From Eledone cirrhosa (Eukaryota): DNA of 64,000 bases. The stretch spans positions 5,518,001-5,582,000 of the forward strand of contig OZ024745.1 in the NCBI GenBank assembly GCA_964016885.1, in the 5' to 3' direction. Of the stretch, positions 15,001 to 30,000 are shown piece by piece. The notes under the pieces were generated by a model that was not told the origin of the DNA, did not search any database, and was given only the letters and a program-made list of their open reading frames with translations. Each line of letters opens with the position of its first letter. The stretch's first letter is position 1. The translations under genes were made by a program, and so were the position numbers.

Positions 15001-18000
15001 GCTGCCTCCTGTGTCTCAAGACATAGATACAACTGACCATGGTCATTGGAGCACTGGCTGCCTCCTGTGTCTCAAGATGTAGATACAACTGACCGTGGTC
15101 ATTGGAGCACTGGCTGCCTCCTGTGTCTCAAGACATAGATACAACTGACCGTGGTCATTGGAGCACTGGCTGCCTCCTGTGTCTCAAGACATAGATACAA
15201 CTGACCATGGTCATTGGAGCACTGGCTGCCTCCTGTGTATCAAGATGTAGATACAACTGACCGTGGTCATTGGAACACTGGCTGCCTCCTGTGTCTCAAG
15301 ATGTAGATACAACTGACCGTGGTCATTGGAACACTGGCTGCATCCTGTGTCTCAAGACATAGATACAACTGACCGTGGTCATTGGAGCACTGGCTGCATC
15401 CTGTGTCTAAAGACATAGATACAACTGACCGTGGTCATTGGAGCACTGGCTGCATCCTGTGTCTAAAGACATAGATACAACTGACCGTGGTCATTGGAAC
15501 ACTGGCTGCCTCCTGTGTCTCAAGATGTAGATACAACTGACCGTGGTCATTGGAGCACTGGCTGCCTCCTGTGTCTCAAGATGTAGATACAACTGACCAT
15601 GGTCATTGGAGCACTGGCTGCCTCCTGTGTCTCAAGATGTAGATACAACTGACCATGGTCATTGGAGCACTGGCTGCCTCCTGTGTCTCAAGACATAGAT
15701 ACAACTGACCGTGGTCATTGGAGCACTGGCTGCCTCCTGTGTCTCAAGATGTAGATACAACTGACCATGGTCATTGGAGCACTGGCTGCCTCCTGTATCT
15801 CAAGATGTAGATACAACTGACCATGGTCATTGGAGCACTGGCTGCCTCCTGTGTCTCAAGATGTAGATACAACTGACCGTGGTCATTGGAGCACTGGCTG
15901 CCTCCTGTGTCTCAAGACATAGATACAACTGACCATGGTCATTGGAGCACTGGCTGCCTCCTGTGTCTCAAGATGTAGATACAACTGACCGTGGTCATTG
16001 GAGCACTGGCTGCCTCCTGTGTCTCAAGACATAGATACAATTGACCATGGTCATTGGAGCACTGGCTGCCTCCTGTGTCTCAAGATGTAGATACAACTGA
16101 CCGTGGTCATTGGAGCACTGGCTGCCTCCTGTGTCTCAAGATGTAGATACAACTGACCGTGGTCATTGGAGCACTGGCTGCCTCCTGTGTCTCAAGACAG
16201 AGATACAACTGACCATGGTCATTGGAGCACTGGCTGCCTCCTGTGTCTCAAGATGTAGATACAACTGACCGTGGTCATTGGAACACTGGCTGCCTCTTGT
16301 GTCTCAAGACGTAGATACAACTGACCGTGGTCATTGGAGCCCTGGCTGCATCCTGTGTCTAAAGACATAGATACAACTGACCGTGGTCATTGGAACACTG
16401 GATGCCTCCTGTGTCTCAAGACATAGATACAACTGACCACGGTCATTTGAGCACTGGATGCCTCCTGTATCTCAAGATCTAGATAAACTGACCGTGGTCA
16501 TTGGAGCTCTGGCTGCCTCCTGTGTCTCAAGATGTAGATACAACTGACCGTGGTCATTGGAGCACTGGCTGCCTCCTGCATCTCAAGATCTAGATACAAC
16601 TGACCGTGGTCATTGGAGCACTGGCTGCCTCCTGTGTCTCAAGACGTAGATACAACTGACCATGGTCATTGGAACACTGGCTGCCTCCTGTGTCTCAAGA
16701 CGTAGATAAAACTGACCATGGTCATTGGAGCACTGGCTGCCTCCTGTGTGTCAAGACGTAGATAACTGACCGTGGTCATTGAAGCACTGGCTGCCTCCTG
16801 TGTCTCAAGATGTAGATACAACTGACCGTGGTCATTGGAGCACTGGCTGCCTCCTGTGTCTCAAGACATAGATACAACTGACCATGGTCATTGGAGCACT
16901 GGCTGCCTCCTGTGTCTCAAGATGTAGAGACAATTGACCGTGGTCATTCGAGCACTGGCTGCCTCCTGTGTCTCAAGACATCGATACAACTGACCATGGT
17001 CATTGGAGCACTGGCTGCCTCCTGTGTCTCAAGATGTAGAGACAACTGACCATGGTCATTGGAGCACTGGCTGCCTCCTGTGTCTCAAGACATAGATACA
17101 ACTGACCGTGGTCATTGGAGCACTGGCTGCCTCCTGTGTCTCAAGATGTAGATACAACTGACCATGGTCATTGGAGCACTGGCTGCCTCCTGTGTCTCAA
17201 GATGTAGATACAACTGACCGTGGTCATTGGAACACTGGCTGCCTCCTGTGTCTCAAGACGTAGATACAACTGACCGTGGTCATTGGAGCACTGGCTGCAT
17301 CCTGTGTCTAAAGACATAGATACAACTGACCGTGGTCATTGGAACACTGGCTGTCTCCTGTGTCTCAAGACATAGATACAACTGACCATGGTCATTGGAG
17401 CACTGGCTGCCTCCTGTGTCTCAAGATGTAGATACAACTGACCGTGGTCATTGGAGCACTGGCTGCCTCCTGTGTCTCAAGATGTAGATACAACTGACCG
17501 TGGTCATTGGAGCACTGGCTGCCTCCTGTGTCTCAAGATGTAGATACAACTGACCATGGTCATTGGAACACTGGCTGCCTCCTGTGAGTCAAGATGTAGA
17601 TACAACTGACCGTGGTCATTGGAGCACTGGCTGCCTCCCGTGTCTCAAGATGTAGATACAACTGACCATGGTCATTGGAACACTGGCTGCCTCCTGTGAG
17701 TCAAGATGTAGATACAACTGACCGTGGTCATTGGAGCACTGGCTGCCTCCCGTGTCTCAAGATGTAGATACAACTGACCGTGGTCATTGGAGCACTGGCT
17801 GCCTCCTGTGTCTCAAGATGTAGATACAACTGACCATGGTCATTGGAGCACTGGCTGCCTCCTGTGTCTCAAGATGTAGATACAACTGACCATGGTCATT
17901 GGAACACCGGATGCCTCCTGTGTCTCAAGACATAGATACAATTGACCACGGTCATTTGAGCACTGGATGCCTCCTGTGTCTCAAGACATAGATACAACTG

Positions 18001-21000
18001 ACCATGGTCATTGGAGCACTGGCTGCCTCCTGTGTCTCAAGACATAGATACAACTGACCATGGTCATTGGAGCACTGGCTGCCTCCTGTGTCTCAAGACA
18101 TAGATACAACTGACCATGGTCATTGGAGCACTGGCTGCCTCCTGTGTCTCAAGATGTAGATACAACTGACCGTGGTCATTGGAGCACTGGCTGCCTCCTG
18201 TGTCTCAAGATGTAGATACAACTGACCGTGGTCATTGGAGCACTGGCTGCCTCCCGTGTCTCAAGATGTAGATACAACTGACCATGGTCATTGGAACACT
18301 GGCTGCCTCCTGTGAGTCAAGATGTAGATACAACTGACCATGGTCATTGGAGCACTGGCTGCCTCCCGTGTCTCAAGATGTAGATACAACTGACCATGGT
18401 CATTGGAACACTGGCTGCCTCCTGTGAGTCAAGATGTAGATACAACTGACCATGGTCATTGGAGCACTGGCTGCCTCCCGTGTCTCAATATGTAGATACA
18501 ACTGACCATGGTCATTGGAACACTGGCTGCCTCCTGTGAGTCAAGATGTAGATACAACTGACCATGGTCATTGGAGCACTGGCTGCCTCCCGTGTCTCAA
18601 GATGTAGATACAACTGACCATGGTCATTGGAACACTGGCTGCCTCCTGTGAGTCAAGATGTAGATACAACTGACCATGGTCATTGGAGCACTGGCTGCCT
18701 CCCGTGTCTCAAGATGTAGATACAACTGACCGTGGTCATTGGAGCACTGGCTGCCTCCTGTGTCTCAAGATGTAGATACAACTGACCATGGTCATTGGAG
18801 CACTAGCTGCCTCCTGTGTCTCAAGATGTAGATACAACTGACCGTGGTCATTGGAGCACTGGCTGCCTCCTGTGTCTCAAGATGTAGATACAACTGACCG
18901 TGGTCATTGGAGCACTGGCTGCCTCCTGTGTCTCAAGATGTAGATACAACCGACCGTGGTCATTGGAGCACTGGCTGCCTCCTGTGTCTCAAGATGTAGA
19001 TACAACTGACCATGGTCATTGGAGCACTGGCTGCCTCCTGTGTCTCAAGATGTAGATACAACTGACCATGGTCATTGGAGCACTGGCTGCCTCCCGTGTC
19101 TCAAGATGTAGATACAACTGACCATGGTGATTGGAACACTGGCTGCCTCCTGTGTCTCAAGATGTAGATACAACTGACCATGGTCATTGGAGCACTGGCT
19201 GCCTCCTGTGTCTCAAGATGTAGATACAACTGACCATGGTCATTGGAGCACTGGCTGCCTCCTGTGTCTCAAGATGTAGATACAACTGACCGTGGTCATT
19301 GGGGCACTGGCTGCCTCCTGTGTCTCAAGATGTAGATACAACTGACCATGGTCATTGGAGCACTGGCTGCCTCCTGTGTCTCAAGACATAGATACAACTG
19401 ACCATGGTCATTGGAGCACTGGCTGCCTCCTGTGTCTCAAGATGTAGATACAACTGACCGTGGTCATTGGAGCACTGGCTGCCTCCTGTGTCTCAAGACA
19501 TAGATACAACAGACCGTGGTCATTGGAGCACTGGCTGGCCTCCTGTGTCTCAAGATGTAGATACAACTGACCATGGTCATTGGAGCACTGGCTGCCTCCT
19601 GTGTCTCAAGATGTAGATACAACTGACCATGGTCATTGGAGCACTGGCTGCCTCCTGTGTCTCAAGACATAGATACAACTGACCGTGGTCATTGGAGCAC
19701 TGGCTGCCTCCTGGGTCTCAAGACATAGATACAACTGACCGTGGTCATTGGAACACTGGCTGCCTCCTGTGTCTCAAGACATAGATACAACTGACCATGG
19801 TCATTGGAGCACTAGCTGGCCTCCTGTGTCTCAAGATGTAGATACAACTGACCGTGGTCATTGGAACACTGGCTGCCTCCTGTGTCTCAAGATGTAGATA
19901 CAACTGACCGTGGTCATTGGAGCACTGGCTGCCTCCTGTGTCTCAAGACATAGATACAACTGACCGTGGTCATTGGAACACTGGCTGCCTCCTGTGTCTC
20001 AAGACATAGATACAACTGACCATGGTCATTGGAGCACTGGCTGGCCTCCTGTGTCTCAAGATGTAGATACAACAGACCGTGGTCATTGGAACACTGGCTG
20101 CCTCCTGTGTCTCAAGATGTAGATACAACTGACCGTGGTCATTGGAGCACTGGCTGCCTCCTGTGTCTCAAGACATAGATACAACTGACCGTGGTCATTG
20201 GAGCACTGGCTGCATCCTGTGTCTAAAGACATAGATACAACTGACCGTGGTCATTGGAGCACTGGCTGCATCCTGTGTCTAAAGACATAGATACAACTGA
20301 CCGTGGTCATTGGAGCACTGGCTGCATCCTGTGTCTAAAGACATAGATACAACTGACCATGGTCATTGGAGCACTGGCTGCCTCCTGTGTCTCAAGATGT
20401 AGATACAACTGACCGTGGTCATTGGAGCACTGGCTGCCTCCTGTGTCTCAAGACATAGATACAACTGACCATGGTCATTGGAGCACTGGCTGCCTCCTGT
20501 GTCTCAAGATGTAGATACAACTGACCGTGGTCATTGGAGCACTGGCTGCCTCCTGTGTCTCAAGACATAGATACAACTGACCATGGTCATTGGAGCACTG
20601 GCTGCCTCCTGTGTCTCAAGATGTAGATACAACTGACCGTGGTCATTGGAGCACTGGCTGCCTCCTGTGTCTCAAGACATAGATACAACTGACCGTGGTC
20701 ATTGGAGCACTGGCTGCCTCCTGTGTCTCAAGACATAGATACAACTGACCATGGTCATTGGAGCACTGGCTGCCTCCTGTGTATCAAGATGTAGATACAA
20801 CTGACCGTGGTCATTGGAACACTGGCTGCCTCCTGTGTCTCAAGATGTAGATACAACTGACCGTGGTCATTGGAACACTGGCTGCATCCTGTGTCTCAAG
20901 ACATAGATACAACTGACCGTGGTCATTGGAGCACTGGCTGCATCCTGTGTCTAAAGACATAGATACAACTGACCGTGGTCATTGGAGCACTGGCTGCATC

Positions 21001-24000
21001 CTGTGTCTAAAGACATAGATACAACTGACCGTGGTCATTGGAACACTGGCTGCCTCCTGTGTCTCAAGATGTAGATACAACTGACCGTGGTCATTGGAGC
21101 ACTGGCTGCCTCCTGTGTCTCAAGATGTAGATACAACTGACCATGGTCATTGGAGCACTGGCTGCCTCCTGTGTCTCAAGATGTAGATACAACTGACCAT
21201 GGTCATTGGAGCACTGGCTGCCTCCTGTGTCTCAAGACATAGATACAACTGACCGTGGTCATTGGAGCACTGGCTGCCTCCTGTGTCTCAAGATGTAGAT
21301 ACAACTGACCATGGTCATTGGAGCACTGGCTGCCTCCTGTATCTCAAGATGTAGATACAACTGACCATGGTCATTGGAGCACTGGCTGCCTCCTGTGTCT
21401 CAAGATGTAGATACAACTGACCGTGGTCATTGGAGCACTGGCTGCCTCCTGTGTCTCAAGACATAGATACAACTGACCATGGTCATTGGAGCACTGGCTG
21501 CCTCCTGTGTCTCAAGATGTAGATACAACTGACCGTGGTCATTGGAGCACTGGCTGCCTCCTGTGTCTCAAGACATAGATACAATTGACCATGGTCATTG
21601 GAGCACTGGCTGCCTCCTGTGTCTCAAGATGTAGATACAACTGACCGTGGTCATTGGAGCACTGGCTGCCTCCTGTGTCTCAAGATGTAGATACAACTGA
21701 CCGTGGTCATTGGAGCACTGGCTGCCTCCTGTGTCTCAAGACAGAGATACAACTGACCATGGTCATTGGAGCACTGGCTGCCTCCTGTGTCTCAAGATGT
21801 AGATACAACTGACCGTGGTCATTGGAACACTGGCTGCCTCTTGTGTCTCAAGACGTAGATACAACTGACCGTGGTCATTGGAGCCCTGGCTGCATCCTGT
21901 GTCTAAAGACATAGATACAACTGACCGTGGTCATTGGAACACTGGATGCCTCCTGTGTCTCAAGACATAGATACAACTGACCACGGTCATTTGAGCACTG
22001 GATGCCTCCTGTATCTCAAGATCTAGATAAACTGACCGTGGTCATTGGAGCACTGGCTGCCTCCTGTGTCTCAAGATGTAGATACAACTGACCGTGGTCA
22101 TTGGAGCACTGGCTGCCTCCTGCATCTCAAGATCTAGATACAACTGACCGTGGTCATTGGAGCACTGGCTGCCTCCTGTGTCTCAAGACGTAGATACAAC
22201 TGACCATGGTCATTGGAACACTGGCTGCCTCCTGTGTCTCAAGACGTAGATAAAACTGACCATGGTCATTGGAGCACTGGCTGCCTCCTGTGTGTCAAGA
22301 CGTAGATAACTGACCGTGGTCATTGAAGCACTGGCTGCCTCCTGTGTCTCAAGATGTAGATACAACTGACCGTGGTCATTGGAGCACTGGCTGCCTCCTG
22401 TGTCTCAAGACATAGATACAACTGACCATGGTCATTGGAGCACTGGCTGCCTCCTGTGTCTCAAGATGTAGAGACAATTGACCGTGGTCATTCGAGCACT
22501 GGCTGCCTCCTGTGTCTCAAGACATCGATACAACTGACCATGGTCATTGGAGCACTGGCTGCCTCCTGTGTCTCAAGATGTAGAGACAACTGACCATGGT
22601 CATTGGAGCACTGGCTGCCTCCTGTGTCTCAAGACATAGATACAACTGACCGTGGTCATTGGAGCACTGGCTGCCTCCTGTGTCTCAAGATGTAGATACA
22701 ACTGACCATGGTCATTGGAGCACTGGCTGCCTCCTGTGTCTCAAGATGTAGATACAACTGACCGTGGTCATTGGAACACTGGCTGCCTCCTGTGTCTCAA
22801 GACGTAGATACAACTGACCGTGGTCATTGGAGCACTGGCTGCATCCTGTGTCTAAAGACATAGATACAACTGACCGTGGTCATTGGAACACTGGCTGTCT
22901 CCTGTGTCTCAAGACATAGATACAACTGACCATGGTCATTGGAGCACTGGCTGCCTCCTGTGTCTCAAGATGTAGATACAACTGACCGTGGTCATTGGAG
23001 CACTGGCTGCCTCCTGTGTCTCAAGATGTAGATACAACTGACCGTGGTCATTGGAGCACTGGCTGCCTCCTGTGTCTCAAGATGTAGATACAACTGACCA
23101 TGGTCATTGGAACACTGGCTGCCTCCTGTGAGTCAAGATGTAGATACAACTGACCGTGGTCATTGGAGCACTGGCTGCCTCCCGTGTCTCAAGATGTAGA
23201 TACAACTGACCATGGTCATTGGAACACTGGCTGCCTCCTGTGAGTCAAGATGTAGATACAACTGACCGTGGTCATTGGAGCACTGGCTGCCTCCCGTGTC
23301 TCAAGATGTAGATACAACTGACCGTGGTCATTGGAGCACTGGCTGCCTCCTGTGTCTCAAGATGTAGATACAACTGACCATGGTCATTGGAGCACTGGCT
23401 GCCTCCTGTGTCTCAAGATGTAGATACAACTGACCATGGTCATTGGAACACCGGATGCCTCCTGTGTCTCAAGACATAGATACAATTGACCACGGTCATT
23501 TGAGCACTGGATGCCTCCTGTGTCTCAAGACATAGATACAACTGACCATGGTCATTGGAGCACTGGCTGCCTCCTGTGTCTCAAGACATAGATACAACTG
23601 ACCATGGTCATTGGAGCACTGGCTGCCTCCTGTGTCTCAAGACATAGATACAACTGACCATGGTCATTGGAGCACTGGCTGCCTCCTGTGTCTCAAGATG
23701 TAGATACAACTGACCGTGGTCATTGGAGCACTGGCTGCCTCCTGTGTCTCAAGATGTAGATACAACTGACCGTGGTCATTGGAGCACTGGCTGCCTCCCG
23801 TGTCTCAAGATGTAGATACAACTGACCATGGTCATTGGAACACTGGCTGCCTCCTGTGAGTCAAGATGTAGATACAACTGACCATGGTCATTGGAGCACT
23901 GGCTGCCTCCCGTGTCTCAAGATGTAGATACAACTGACCATGGTCATTGGAACACTGGCTGCCTCCTGTGAGTCAAGATGTAGATACAACTGACCATGGT

Positions 24001-27000
24001 CATTGGAGCACTGGCTGCCTCCCGTGTCTCAATATGTAGATACAACTGACCATGGTCATTGGAACACTGGCTGCCTCCTGTGAGTCAAGATGTAGATACA
24101 ACTGACCATGGTCATTGGAGCACTGGCTGCCTCCCGTGTCTCAAGATGTAGATACAACTGACCATGGTCATTGGAACACTGGCTGCCTCCTGTGAGTCAA
24201 GATGTAGATACAACTGACCATGGTCATTGGAGCACTGGCTGCCTCCCGTGTCTCAAGATGTAGATACAACTGACCGTGGTCATTGGAGCACTGGCTGCCT
24301 CCTGTGTCTCAAGATGTAGATACAACTGACCATGGTCATTGGAGCACTAGCTGCCTCCTGTGTCTCAAGATGTAGATACAACTGACCGTGGTCATTGGAG
24401 CACTGGCTGCCTCCTGTGTCTCAAGATGTAGATACAACTGACCGTGGTCATTGGAGCACTGGCTGCCTCCTGTGTCTCAAGATGTAGATACAACCGACCG
24501 TGGTCATTGGAGCACTGGCTGCCTCCTGTGTCTCAAGATGTAGATACAACTGACCATGGTCATTGGAGCACTGGCTGCCTCCTGTGTCTCAAGATGTAGA
24601 TACAACTGACCATGGTCATTGGAGCACTGGCTGCCTCCCGTGTCTCAAGATGTAGATACAACTGACCATGGTGATTGGAACACTGGCTGCCTCCTGTGTC
24701 TCAAGATGTAGATACAACTGACCATGGTCATTGGAGCACTGGCTGCCTCCTGTGTCTCAAGATGTAGATACAACTGACCATGGTCATTGGAGCACTGGCT
24801 GCCTCCTGTGTCTCAAGATGTAGATACAACTGACCGTGGTCATTGGGGCACTGGCTGCCTCCTGTGTCTCAAGATGTAGATACAACTGACCATGGTCATT
24901 GGAGCACTGGCTGCCTCCTGTGTCTCAAGATGTAGATACAACTGACCGTGGTCATTGGGGCACTGGCTGCCTCCTGTGTCTCAAGATGTAGATACAACTG
25001 ACCATGGTCATTGGAGCACTGGCTGCCTCCTGTGTCTCAAGATGTAGATACAACTGACCGTGGTCATTGGAGCACTGGCTGCATCCTGTGTCTCAAGATG
25101 CAGATACAACTGACCATGGTCATTGGAGCACTGGCTGCCTCCTGTGTCTCAAGACATAGATACAACTGACCGTGGTCATTGGAGCACTGGCTGCCTCCTG
25201 TGTCTCAAGATGTAGATACAACTGACCATGGTCATTGGAGCACTGGCTGCCTCCTGTGTCTCAAGATGTAGATACAACTGACCATGGTCATTGGGGCACT
25301 GGCTGCCTCCTGTGTCTCAAGATGTAGATACAACTGACCATGGTCATTGGAGCACTGGCTGCCTCCTGTGTCTCAAGACATAGATACAACTGACCATGGT
25401 CATTGGAGCACTGGCTGCCTCCTGTGTCTCAAGACATAGATACAACAGACCGTGGTCATTGGAGCACTGGCTGCCTCCCCTGTCTCAAGACATAGATACA
25501 ACTGACCATGGTCATTGGAGCACTGGCTGCCTCCTGTGTCTCAAGATGTAGATACAACTGACCGTGGTCATTGGAACACTGGCTGCCTCTTGTGTCTCAA
25601 GACGTAGATACAACTGACCGTGGTCATTGGAGCACTGGCTGCATCCTGTGTCTAAAGACATAGATACAACTGACCATGGTCATTGGAGCACTGGCTGCCT
25701 CCTGTGTCTAAAGACATAGATACAACTGACCGTGGTCATTGGAGCACTGGCTGCATCCTGTGTCTAAAGACATAGATACAACTGACCGTGGTCATTGGAA
25801 CACTGGATGCCTCCTGTGTCTCAAGACATAGATACAACTGACCATGGTCATTGGAGCACTGGCTGCCTCCTGTGTCTCAAGATGTAGATACAACTGACCA
25901 TGGTCATTGGAGCACTGGCTGCCTCCCGTGTCTCAAGATGTAGATACAACTGACCGTGGTCATTGGAGCACTGGCTGCCTCCTGTGTCTCAAGATGTAGA
26001 TACAACTGACCGTGGTCATTGGAGCACTGGCTGCCTCCTGTGTCTCAAGATGTAGATACAACTGACCATGGTCATTGGAACACTGGCTGCCTCCTGTGAG
26101 TCAAGATGTAGATACAACTGACCATGGTCATTGGAGCACTGGCTGCCTCCCGTGTCTCAAGATGTAGATACAACTGACCATGGTCATTGGAACACTGGCT
26201 GCCTCCTGTGAGTCAAGATGTAGATACAACTGACCATGGTCATTGGAGCACTGGCTGCCTCCCGTGTCTCAAGATGTAGATACAACTGACCATGGTCATT
26301 GGAACACTGGCTGCCTCCTGTGAGTCAAGATGTAGATACAACTGACCATGGTCATTGGAGCACTGGCTGCCTCCCGTGTCTCAAGATGTAGATACAACTG
26401 ACCGTGGTCATTGGAGCACTGGCTGCCTCCTGTGTCTCAAGATGTAGATACAACTGACCATGGTCATTGGAGCACTAGCTGCCTCCTGTGTCTCAAGATG
26501 TAGATACAACTGACCGTGGTCATTGGAGCACTGGCTGCCTCCTGTGTCTCAAGATGTAGATACAACTGACCGTGGTCATTGGAGCACTGGCTGCCTCCTG
26601 TGTCTCAAGATGTAGATACAACCGACCGTGGTCATTGGAGCACTGGCTGCCTCCTGTGTCTCAAGATGTAGATACAACTGACCATGGTCATTGGAGCACT
26701 GGCTGCCTCCTGTGTCTCAAGATGTAGATACAACTGACCATGGTCATTGGAGCACTGGCTGCCTCCCATGTCTCAAGATGTAGATACAACTGACCATGGT
26801 GATTGGAACACTGGCTGCCTCCTGTGTCTCAAGATGTAGATACAACTGACCATGGTCATTGGAGCACTGGCTGCCTCCTGTGTCTCAAGATGTAGATACA
26901 ACTGACCATGGTCATTGGAGCACTGGCTGCCTCCTGTGTCTCAAGATGTAGATACAACTGACCGTGGTCATTGGGGCACTGGCTGCCTCCTGTGTCTCAA

Positions 27001-30000
27001 GATGTAGATACAACTGACCATGGTCATTGGAGCACTGGCTGCCTCCTGTGTCTCAAGATGTAGATACAACTGACCGTGGTCATTGGGGCACTGGCTGCCT
27101 CCTGTGTCTCAAGACATAGATACAACTGACCATGGTCATTGGAGCACTGGCTGCCTCCTGTGTCTCAAGATGTAGATACAACTGACCGTGGTCATTGGAG
27201 CACTGGCTGCCTCCTGTGTCTCAAGACATAGATACAACAGACCGTGGTCATTGGAGCACTGGCTGCCTCCCCTGTCTCAAGACATAGATACAACTGACCA
27301 TGGTCATTGGAGCACTGGCTGCCTCCTGTGTCTCAAGATGTAGATACAACTGACCGTGGTCATTGGAACACTGGCTGCCTCTTGTGTCTCAAGACGTAGA
27401 TACAACTGACCGTGGTCATTGGAGCACTGGCTGCATCCTGTGTCTAAAGACATAGATACAACTGACCATGGTCATTGGAGCACTGGCTGCCTCCTGTGTC
27501 TAAAGACATAGATACAACTGACCGTGGTCATTGGAGCACTGGCTGCATCCTGTGTCTAAAGACATAGATACAACTGACCGTGGTCATTGGAACACTGGAT
27601 GCCTCCTGTGTCTCAAGACATAGATACAACTGACCATGGTCATTGGAGCACTGGCTGCCTCCTGTGTCTCAAGATGTAGATACAACTGACCATGGTCATT
27701 GGAGCACTGGCTGCCTCCCGTGTCTCAAGATGTAGATACAACTGACCGTGGTCATTGGAGCACTGGCTGCCTCCTGTGTCTCAAGATGTAGATACAACTG
27801 ACCGTGGTCATTGGAGCACTGGCTGCCTCCTGTGTCTCAAGATGTAGATACAACTGACCGTGGTCATTGGAGCACTGGCTGCCTCCTGTGTCTCAAGATG
27901 TAGATACAACTGACCGTGGTCATTGGAGCACTGGCTGCCTCCTGTGTCTCAAGATGTAGATACAACTGACCGTGGTCATTGGAGCACTGGCTGCCTCCTG
28001 TGTCTCAAGATGTAGATACAACTGACCGTGGTCATTGGAGCACTGGCTGCCTCCTGTGTCTCAAAATGTAGATACAACTGACCGTGGTCATTGGAACACT
28101 GGCTGCCTCCTGTGTCTCAAGACGTAGATACAACTGACCGTGGTCATTGGAGCACTGGCTGCATCCTGTGTCTAAAGACATAGATACAACTGACCGTGGT
28201 CATTGGAACACTGGCTGCCTCCTGTGTCTCAAGACATAGATACAACTGACCGTGGTCATTGGAGCACTGGCTGCCTCCTGTGTCTCAAGATGTAGATACA
28301 ACTGACCGTGGTCATTGGAGCACTGGCTGCCTCCTGTGTCTCAAGATGTAGATACAACTGACCGTGGTCATTGGAGCACTGGCTGCCTCCTGTGTCTCAA
28401 GATGTAGATACAACTGACCATGGTCATTGGAACACTGGCTGCCTCCTGTGAGTCAAGATGTAGATACAACTGACCGTGGTCATTGGAGCACTGGCTGCCT
28501 CCTGTGTCTCAAGATGTAGATACAACTGACCGTGGTCATTGGAGCACTGGATGCCTCCTGTGTCTCAAGATGTAGATACAACTGACCGTGGTCATTGGAG
28601 CACTGGCTGCCTCCTGTGTCTCAAGATGTAGATACAACTGACCGTGGTCATTGGAGCACTGGCTGCCTCCTGTGTCTCAAGATGTAGATACAACTGACCG
28701 TGGTCATTGGAGCACTGGCTGCCTCCTCTGTCTCAAGACGTAGATACAACTGACCATGGTCATTGGAGCACTGGCTGCCTCCTCTGTCTCAAGACGTAGA
28801 TACAACTGACCATGGTCATTGGAGCACTGGCTGCCTCCTCTGTCTCAAGACGTAGATACAACTGACCATGGTCATTGGAGCACTGGCTGCCTCCTCTGTC
28901 TCAAAACGTAGATACAACTGACCATGGTCATTGGAACACTGGCTGCCTCCTGTGAGTCAAGATGTAGATACAACTGACCGTGGTCATTGGAACACTGGCT
29001 GCCTCCTGTGTCTCAAGACGTAGATACAACTGACCGTGGTCATTGGAGCACTGGCTGCATCCTGTGTCTAAAGACATAGATACAACTGACCGTGGTCATT
29101 GGAACACTGGCTGCCTGCTGTGTCTCAAGACATAGATACAACTGACCATGGTCATTGGAGCACTGGCTGCCTCCTGTGTCTCAAGATGTAGATACAACTG
29201 ACCATGGTCATTGGAACACTGGCTGCCTCCTGTGAGTCAAGATGTAGATACAACTGACCGTGGTCATTGGAGCACTGGCTGCCTCCTGTGTCTCAAGATG
29301 TAGATACAACTGACCGTGGTCATTGGAGCACTGGATGCCTCCTGTGTCTCAAGATGTAGATACAACTGACCGTGGTCATTGGAGCACTGGCTGCCTCCTG
29401 TGTCTCAAGATGTAGATACAACTGACCGTGGTCATTGGAGCACTGGCTGCCTCCTCTGTCTCAAGACGTAGATACAACTGACCATGGTCATTGGAGCACT
29501 GGCTGCCTCCTCTGTCTCAAGACGTAGATACAACTGACCATGGTCATTGGAGCACTGGCTGCCTCCTCTGTCTCAAGACTTAGATACAACTGACCATGGT
29601 CATTGGAGCACTGGCTGCCTCCTGTGTCTCAAGACTTAGATACAACTGACCGTGGTCATTGGAGCACTGGCTGCCTCCTGTGTCTCAAGACTTAGATACA
29701 ACTGACCATGGTCATTGGAGCACTGGCTGCCTCCCGTGTCTCAAGATGTAGATACAACTGACCATGGTCATTGGAACACTGGCTGCCTCCTGTGAGTCAA
29801 GATGTAGATACAACTGACCGTGATCATTGGAGCACTGGCTGCCTCCCGTGTCTCAAGATGTAGATACAACTGACCGTGGTCATTGGAGCACTGGCTGCCT
29901 CCTGTGTCTCAAGATGTAGATACAACTGACCATGGTCATTGGAGCACTGGCTGCCTCCTGTGTCTCAAGATGTAGATACAACTGACCATGGTCATTGGAA

